From positions 1 to 38,443 of IMG/VR virus record IMGVR_UViG_3300033067_001359: a stretch of DNA of 38,443 bases. The stretch is one strand, 5' to 3'. Made by a program: the position numbers and the translations under genes. The DNA is from a virus. Taxonomy: Duplodnaviria; Caudoviricetes. Below, piece after piece: positions 8,313 through 14,523 of this stretch (the first letter of the stretch is position 1; each line of letters begins with the position of its first letter). The notes below the pieces were generated by a model. The model was not told the DNA's origin. It was given only the letters and a program-made list of their open reading frames with translations, and did not search any database.

Positions 8313-8685
8313 AAGACATGATCGAAGCATGTGCCTCGTCCGTCATCTCGGCCAATTCAAGGCCGTTCGGATTGACGATAGTGACAGAAGGAAGTTTCGC
8401 TCCGATTTGATGATCCGCTTTATCCTTAAGCCCATTAGCCGCGACATCTGAAATAGACCCAGACTTATCACGCGTGTACACGCGCCAAAGTCTACGTGCA
8501 TCTTTTAAAGTAACCGTCGTCCCATCAAACGCCACCACGGTGCCTGCATGCACGCCCGCGACATTTGCTCTTACGATCATGTTCTTGCCGATAACTAACT
8601 GTTGCGGACTCTTCATTTTCATTTCCCCTTTAGATTGTTTCTTTGTGGTTTTCGGCTTCTCAACCGGCTTCTTTTGCTTGGTCAT
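8302..8685 (-). CDS. DUF6948-like phage protein
   Basis: IVRANVAGVHAG...VTLKDARRLWR...SISDVAANG; family recalled from memory; start uncertain (8685 or 8622). Confidence 0.65.
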   Translation of the reverse strand: MTKQKKPVEKPKTTKKQSKGEMKMKSPQQLVIGKNMIVRANVAGVHAGTVVAFDGTTVTLKDARRLWRVYTRDKSGSISDVAANGLKDKADHQIGAKLPSVTIVNPNGLELAEMTDEAHASIMSYER

Positions 8686-8966
8686 GTCGCTTCTCCAAGC
8701 GCCCGGTCGATGTCGGCTAGTATCTTTTCCATGCGTTCCTCTGCGGCTCTGCCTGGCTGGCGCCACTTCTCCAGTGCATCCACCGCAACCTCCAGCGCAT
8801 TTGCCAACAGGGCTTGTGTCTCGATTACCTGATCCGTGGCGCGGTCATCGTATTGATTCGCCTCATACAGCACCTTGCGAATCGCTTCTAGTTTCTGGCG
8901 GATTGTGTCGGTCGTATTCAACTTGTCACCGATGATGTCTTCGTCTGATAGTCCTGGGTTGGTCAT
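8682..8966 (-). CDS. hypothetical protein
   Basis: 94 aa, GGAGG RBS. Confidence 0.65.
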   Translation of the reverse strand: MTNPGLSDEDIIGDKLNTTDTIRQKLEAIRKVLYEANQYDDRATDQVIETQALLANALEVAVDALEKWRQPGRAAEERMEKILADIDRALGEAT

Positions 8967-9334
8967 TTAGAATCCTCCACGAGCCTTATCCTATTGGCAG
9001 AGCGTCGCAGTGAACGAATCTTCGCGATATCCACACCGTATCCTCGTTCGCTTGCTTCCCCAACTGCTGCCAATAGCCGTTTACGGGTGGCAATCTTCGG
9101 CAACACTCTGCGGTAGTGGGAGAGGGCTTGCGGCGAGCCAAAGGCATATGGATAGTTCTGAATCCAGATTTCTACCCCATCAATCTCACAGACGAAGTTA
9201 CTTTTAATCACGACTGAATGATTGTCCAGCATGTCGTTTAACTCGCGATCCCACTCGGCTGATGTTGGATGGTTTTGCATCCAAAACTCTGGCTGGAAAA
9301 GCTTGGCAAGGAACTCTTTAATGTCGAATTTCAT
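8963..9334 (-). CDS. hypothetical phage protein
   Basis: 123 aa, EIWIQNYPYAFG motif. Confidence 0.65.
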   Translation of the reverse strand: MKFDIKEFLAKLFQPEFWMQNHPTSAEWDRELNDMLDNHSVVIKSNFVCEIDGVEIWIQNYPYAFGSPQALSHYRRVLPKIATRKRLLAAVGEASERGYGVDIAKIRSLRRSANRIRLVEDSK

Positions 9335-9583
9335 GCCTCAACGAATTAACCGTGCGACGGTAAATTGTCGAGAGTTGAAAGTGAAGGCGCTCAAGCTGAG
9401 TCCAAACATAAGCCCCACGATCACAGCTCGCACGTCTTGATTAGTCCGTTTTAGGGCAACGCCTTCTAAGAATGTCGAAGCTGACGGCCTTGGCTCGTCA
9501 TGCACTGGTGCTACCCGGATACTTCGACACTCATAGAAAACACGGAAGCGCCGGAGTCGATTTCAATCAGCCACACTAAAATA

Positions 9584-10411
9584 TCAACTCGCAAAACGCT
9601 TCCGTAGATTCTCTTTAACCGCGTCCGCAAATTTCAGCAAGCTATCGTCACGGCCAATTTGTTCATTCGGATGATGCGCATGGTTCCACAGATCATCTGC
9701 GCCCTCTCGCCGCTTGCCGTCTTGCCCTGGCTGGTCCGATCTTCCTTTGTTCATTTTCTCGTTGAACTCAGCCCTGCTCATCGTCCAGTAGTGATTTATC
9801 CGGATACGGTCATACTTTGCGACCAGTCCCGGAGGATGTGCTGATGTCACCCGTTCATGGTTCTCGTTGACCGTCTCCCAAGGAGTATGACACAGGAAAA
9901 AGTGAGGATTACAAACCTGTTGAATCATCCTCGGCTGAATGAAGCTCTTCACATGCGGCGTTGTCTCGCGGTAGGCATCCGTGAACCGTTCAATGACAAG
10001 CTTGGGGCTCGCTGACTCGTGACCTGAGCTATTGAACATCTTCCAGCTTACAGCCAATGCGCCATGGATCTCGAATTCCCTTAGGAAATCCGGGATCATC
10101 TGGCCCTGTGGACAGAAGCAGTATTCATCGACACCAGTCACGATCATCCATGCGCTGTTGTCTTGCCCCCAGTTGATGGCGTCAACAATGAGCCAGACTC
10201 CGGCGCCGTTATTCTGGTACTCAACTGGAACTGGTTTTAGGCTGACGATACCGGCATCTGTGTAAGGTTTTAGGCATTCAGTCAGCCCGTCACTTGAACC
10301 GTTGTCGTAGATGAGGAAATGGTCAAAGCCTTGAAGCAAATGAAACTCAATCCACTGTGGAATGTAGGGGGCTTCATTCTTCACGCCGACTACAGCGGTT
10401 AACTTACGCAT
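9584..10411 (-). CDS. glycosyltransferase, GT-A fold (GT92/GT2-like)
   Basis: KNEAPYIPQWIEFH...FLIYDNGSSDG, GVDEY, INHYWTMS. Confidence 0.85.
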   Translation of the reverse strand: MRKLTAVVGVKNEAPYIPQWIEFHLLQGFDHFLIYDNGSSDGLTECLKPYTDAGIVSLKPVPVEYQNNGAGVWLIVDAINWGQDNSAWMIVTGVDEYCFCPQGQMIPDFLREFEIHGALAVSWKMFNSSGHESASPKLVIERFTDAYRETTPHVKSFIQPRMIQQVCNPHFFLCHTPWETVNENHERVTSAHPPGLVAKYDRIRINHYWTMSRAEFNEKMNKGRSDQPGQDGKRREGADDLWNHAHHPNEQIGRDDSLLKFADAVKENLRKRFAS

Positions 10412-10613
10412 CTGAATTTTCCCCTAGAATGTATGTGGTGTTTTGGGTTTGCGCTTTGCGATTTAAAAAGTCCATGTACACAAGCTTGCTTGTCGTAATC
10501 CAGGAACCATTGGGGATTCTAGGATGCCCATACACAACTCCGGTTAATCGCCAGCCAAACTCTTTTCCGTAGTCACGAAACTGCCACTTCTCCAGCTTAA
10601 CCTCGTGGTTCAT
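10404..10613 (-). CDS. conserved hypothetical phage protein
   Basis: GVVYGHPRIPNGSWITTS...TQNTTYILG. Confidence 0.65.
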   Translation of the reverse strand: MNHEVKLEKWQFRDYGKEFGWRLTGVVYGHPRIPNGSWITTSKLVYMDFLNRKAQTQNTTYILGENSDA

Positions 10614-10798
10614 TGTGGATTCTCTTTAGCATAACGATGCTGCCAAATCTCTGAATTGTTAAGGTTGCGGACGATGACAAAAGGCTGACACCAACAATCA
10701 GGCGATGCGCGGTGCTCCAGGATGTCATCCTGAGGCGCTAGATGTAGTTGCTGGTCGATATCTGCCGGGTCGAGTCTTGGCTTTTTCTCAGGCCCCAT
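10610..10798 (-). CDS. hypothetical protein
   Basis: H...DCWCQP...WQH motif. Confidence 0.6.
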   Translation of the reverse strand: MGPEKKPRLDPADIDQQLHLAPQDDILEHRASPDCWCQPFVIVRNLNNSEIWQHRYAKENPQ

Positions 10799-10814
10799 GG
10801 GACCATGATACTAG

Positions 10815-11048
10815 ATGAAGCTACGGCGGGGGCAAATGGTAGTGGTTACGTTCCTGGACCACGTTATGGGTCGCGAGTCGCTCGTGACCTGTCAGACGAT
10901 GGGCTGGATTGAACGTTGGGATGAAAAGAAGATCGTTCTCAAGTGGTGGCGACTTGGTGATAAGTCACTATCAAAAGAGAACGATGAAAATTACACGCTG
11001 GTGCGCGCTGCCATCACAAAGATAACGCCGCTTTCAATTGCGGAATGA
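10815..11048 (+). CDS. small beta-rich hypothetical phage protein
   Basis: VVVTFLDH...CQTMGWI pattern; lone plus-strand gene. Confidence 0.6.
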   Translation: MKLRRGQMVVVTFLDHVMGRESLVTCQTMGWIERWDEKKIVLKWWRLGDKSLSKENDENYTLVRAAITKITPLSIAE

Positions 11049-11832
11049 AGCCTTCCATCAGCTGCTCACCGTACCTGTAATCGTCACGAATAAGCTCTGG
11101 CTTGAAATCAAGCGGTCCAAGCAGATTCACCTCCGGAAACAGGTCAAAGATCTGCGGCCCCTGGCCTGGCAGAAAGCAAATATCACGGTCTAACTTGTAG
11201 TTCTCTTCAGTGGCCATTTGAATGGCTCTCAGGCCATTGTGCAGCGGATTGCCCACCTTCCAACCGTCACCGCGACGTGGATCTTTGGTGTAACAGTGAA
11301 GGTTAAGGATCACGTCACAGCGCTCAGCCACGGCTTTCGCCAAATTCAAATTCTGCTTTATCCCGCCATCGCACCAGGCAAAGGTTTCCGCCTGATAAAG
11401 CTCCACGTAGCCTGGGATGGACGCGGAAGATACCGTCATGTTGACGATATCTTCGTCGTCATGCGGCGTGGACCGGATCTCGCCACTTAGCATCGAGACT
11501 GAGGTGACGAAAAAGGGCACCTTTGCCACGGGACAGGCATCCTTGTGCTTTTGCAGGAGACGGCGAAGGGGCTCAGGTGACTTCAGTCCGCGCTTCCAGG
11601 GAAGAGAAATCCAATAGTTTCCTTCAAAGATGTCTGATTCTGACCGGATGCCATGCCAAAGATCACGTAAACCATCTGCTCCAGCATGCGCGTAGCCGAA
11701 GGCGTTAAGGGAGCCAGCCGAAGTGCCAACCAAAAGGTCAGGGCGAATGCCATGTTTTTCCATGCTACTGAGCGCACCGGCTTGTTTCGCACCCGCAGCA
11801 CCTCCACCAGATAAGACAACGCCAAACTTCAT
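11014..11832 (-). CDS. patatin-like phospholipase
   Basis: LSGGGAAG oxyanion motif, GTSAG nucleophile, DGG; start trimmed to MKFGVVL. Confidence 0.92.
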   Translation of the reverse strand: MKFGVVLSGGGAAGAKQAGALSSMEKHGIRPDLLVGTSAGSLNAFGYAHAGADGLRDLWHGIRSESDIFEGNYWISLPWKRGLKSPEPLRRLLQKHKDACPVAKVPFFVTSVSMLSGEIRSTPHDDEDIVNMTVSSASIPGYVELYQAETFAWCDGGIKQNLNLAKAVAERCDVILNLHCYTKDPRRGDGWKVGNPLHNGLRAIQMATEENYKLDRDICFLPGQGPQIFDLFPEVNLLGPLDFKPELIRDDYRYGEQLMEGFIPQLKAALSL

Positions 11833-11837
11833 GACGG

Positions 11838-12035
11838 TTACTTGCCCATTGCCTTGATGATTTCGCGGCCAATCGCCACAAGACACGTAATGCAGGCCTG
11901 GATCTCATCGCCACTCATGCCTTTTGCGCTCAACTCCTGCTTTTCTGCCTGATGTTTTGCGATTTTCGCCTGAATCATGTCATAGGCAGCCTGGAGCCCT
12001 GCGCGATAAGCGCGTTTTTGGATGTATTTGAACAT
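11838..12035 (-). CDS. hypothetical protein
   Basis: 65 aa, GGGGG RBS. Confidence 0.6.
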   Translation of the reverse strand: MFKYIQKRAYRAGLQAAYDMIQAKIAKHQAEKQELSAKGMSGDEIQACITCLVAIGREIIKAMGK

Positions 12036-12073
12036 TTTGTGTACCCCCGAGATGTCAGTGTCTCAGAGAACAG

Positions 12074-12559
12074 CTACTTTTTGAAGTCGGGGATTTGGTT
12101 TCTAGCTTCCGCTAGGATTTGAGAGATGCGCCCTGGACTTACACCGAGGATTTCAGCGATTTCCTGGAAATCTAAGCCCCACTTGCCTCGCAAAATGATG
12201 ATTGTGCGGGCAGCCTGCATGGTTTCCATGAGCTTTGCACCAGCGCCAAGGTTTAACGTCATCAATGGCTCGGTTCTAGCAACTGGTGGAAAGTTTTTCT
12301 TCGTGCGATGGATGGATTTGAGTGCATCTCGTGGCTGGCTGCGATCTTTTGGCTTCGTGTTCTCGGAGAAGAAAGTGCGACCGTATTCGTTGCGGACAAA
12401 ATCCACCAGCGCCTGCTCGGTTGACTGATGATGGCCTTTGCCTTCAAGCAAAAGCACCGCGCGCCAGGCCGCAAAGTCAGCGGCTACCTGCGCAAAGCCC
12501 ATGCGAACGGCCGTCCGCATCGAGCCAAAGTAGCGTTTAACGATTTGGTCTTCTGTCAC
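12074..12559 (-). CDS. sigma70 region-4 HTH protein (ECF-sigma-like)
   Basis: RTIIILRGKWGLDFQEIAEILGVSPGRISQI; degenerate region-2-like ALVDFVR. Confidence 0.7.
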   Translation of the reverse strand: MTEDQIVKRYFGSMRTAVRMGFAQVAADFAAWRAVLLLEGKGHHQSTEQALVDFVRNEYGRTFFSENTKPKDRSQPRDALKSIHRTKKNFPPVARTEPLMTLNLGAGAKLMETMQAARTIIILRGKWGLDFQEIAEILGVSPGRISQILAEARNQIPDFKK

Positions 12560-12835
12560 AAGGGTCAGTGTGACCTGTGGCGAGGGTAAAGGCTAGCCGC
12601 CGCGCTTCTTCTTGTGGACGACGGTTACGCCAAGCCAGTTTGGAAACTTACGCTTCTTTCGCGTAGAATCCCCGTAACGAGCCTCACGCTCCAAGCCCCC
12701 TTCATCATTTTGTTGTTGCTTGAACGGATTTGGGAGAAGGACCTGATGAGCCTGGCTCGGAACATTTGACCCGTTACGGGGAAATTTTTGGTTCATGGTT
12801 AGGTGGGATGGGAATAGGGCGAGTTATGGGCGTCG

Positions 12836-13219
12836 TCAAGATTGTGACCAAAGATTTGGAGCTGGAGGAAGTTGCAATTGCGCAGGTTCCGCATAGAGAT
12901 CCACCTTTGGATAGTTCAAGTACTTCTGTTTTTTGCCAACGCTTCTGTAGAACGCTGGGTTTGTGGGGCAAAGTTCCATAGGAAGCTTCGCAGCTTTCCA
13001 AAATGCATCAAGGCCATGTCCGATGGTCCTCATCGGAAACACATGAAACCTATGAGTCGCCGGCCAGAAATCTACCCAATTAACTCGAAGGTGAATGGGA
13101 CACACGCAGAACTCCGCAATGTCGATGCGATTAACCGCACACACATCTTTGATGTGTTCTCGGATCTGTTCTTGATAGACCCTTGGGAGCAACACTCGAC
13201 CTGGCACCTGAATTAGCAT
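12836..13219 (-). CDS. hypothetical protein
   Basis: GAGG RBS before MLIQVPG. Confidence 0.55.
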   Translation of the reverse strand: MLIQVPGRVLLPRVYQEQIREHIKDVCAVNRIDIAEFCVCPIHLRVNWVDFWPATHRFHVFPMRTIGHGLDAFWKAAKLPMELCPTNPAFYRSVGKKQKYLNYPKVDLYAEPAQLQLPPAPNLWSQS

Positions 13220-13731
13220 ACTTAACCTCACTTTTTACTTTTTAGACAATAAGCGGGTAAGGGTAAGGGTCTTTTGTTCAAGACTCCTACCGGCCCGCCG
13301 TCTCCGGGCCTGGTCCGCTGACTTAGTTTGCTTGGGTTTCGTTGTCTCCAGGTTCGACCGTTGGGACGTTCCGAGCATCCCTGCCCGATCCCCATAAAAT
13401 CTTGAACTCCAGAGAAAGTGTTTCAAAGAACTGGCCGGGTATCCCTTTTGTTCCCCGTTGCCGTTCCCATGAGACAACTTCTTCCCAAACTTTTCTGTGA
13501 TCCGTCTTCCCTTGCGGTGCCTTCTAAGAAACACTTCACCGCGTTGTCCGAAAACCACAGGACAGTACTCCCAGAGCTTTTTTTTAAGGAAGTGAAGCCA
13601 GTCGCCTAGGAAACCAAAAAACTTCCGCCTTGACACAAAACCGGCTCCGGATGAAGCTTGCTTTGTGATTTCAGCACTCACAGGTTCCCCCGAAAGCTTA
13701 CAAAAGTAAACCGTAGGGGGACGAATTTTCT

Positions 13732-13944
13732 GTGACCCACCAAGTCATCCCTCCAAAAGACCCCATTGAACTGATCAGATTAGCCAAATTCCTCATGGAC
13801 CGTTGGATTCGTGACGGTATCGCGCCCAATTGGGACGGCGAAAAGCAGCTGTTGGACAAAATGGTCGGCATAGACCAGGTTGGCATCTTGCTTGATGAGA
13901 TCGACCGGCTACGTGCGCAGTTGGCCGCCAATTTTACTTCTTAG
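13732..13944 (+). CDS. hypothetical protein
   Basis: 70 aa, AGGGGG RBS, first rightward gene. Confidence 0.6.
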   Translation: MTHQVIPPKDPIELIRLAKFLMDRWIRDGIAPNWDGEKQLLDKMVGIDQVGILLDEIDRLRAQLAANFTS

Positions 13945-13971
13945 CTTTTCCAAGTCACACTGGTTAGACCA

Positions 13972-14523
13972 GTGGCAAAGAAAAAAGCCGATCAACCGTT
14001 AGGACTCTACTTAGCCGACGAGAAAAAGGCTGAGATACAGGCAACCATCACGGACGCACGCTCAGAGCGCGTATACAGTTCCACCAAATCCAGAGACGCC
14101 ACCAAGGCCGGCGGCAAGCATCAGCGTTCCTTTCGCCATTCGCTGGCGCATGATCGCGAGGACGCGATGATTGACGCCATCGACATGCGACGGAACATGG
14201 AAAAGCTGGTGCCGTTGCTGGATAAGTTTGGCGAGGGGAAGATTGACGTTCAAGGCTTCCTCAACGGTGTCTCAGGTCACATGACGCGCGAGATGCTGAC
14301 GATTGCCATGAGCGGTGACAGTGAGAAGAATCGGTTGGACGCGCTAAAGCATTTATTAGGCATTGCAGGGCACTCTCCAACGCAAAAGCATGAGATCGGG
14401 CGCATTGACCCGTCAACGCCAAAGGAAGCGCTGCTGGCGATTATACGCGGTTCCAAGCGGGATCTAGAGGATGAGGGTATCGAGGTAACTGGTGATGAGC
14501 CAGATAAACCTGAAGGAGCTTGA
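13972..14523 (+). CDS. probable terminase small subunit
   Basis: Directly upstream of TerL; helical, SEKNRLDALKHLL pattern. Confidence 0.6.
   Translation: MAKKKADQPLGLYLADEKKAEIQATITDARSERVYSSTKSRDATKAGGKHQRSFRHSLAHDREDAMIDAIDMRRNMEKLVPLLDKFGEGKIDVQGFLNGVSGHMTREMLTIAMSGDSEKNRLDALKHLLGIAGHSPTQKHEIGRIDPSTPKEALLAIIRGSKRDLEDEGIEVTGDEPDKPEGA

Noticed and set aside
9464-9538. tRNA or hammerhead ribozyme
   Set aside because: Lacks T-loop/D-loop consensus and the CUGANGA...GAAA core
13235-13681. 148-aa ORF with GNGNG and TLTLT, reminiscent of replication-initiator linkers
   Set aside because: No HTH or other domain recognisable; lies in the divergence region, which has a TTGACA at 13630; probably regulatory DNA, but not excluded
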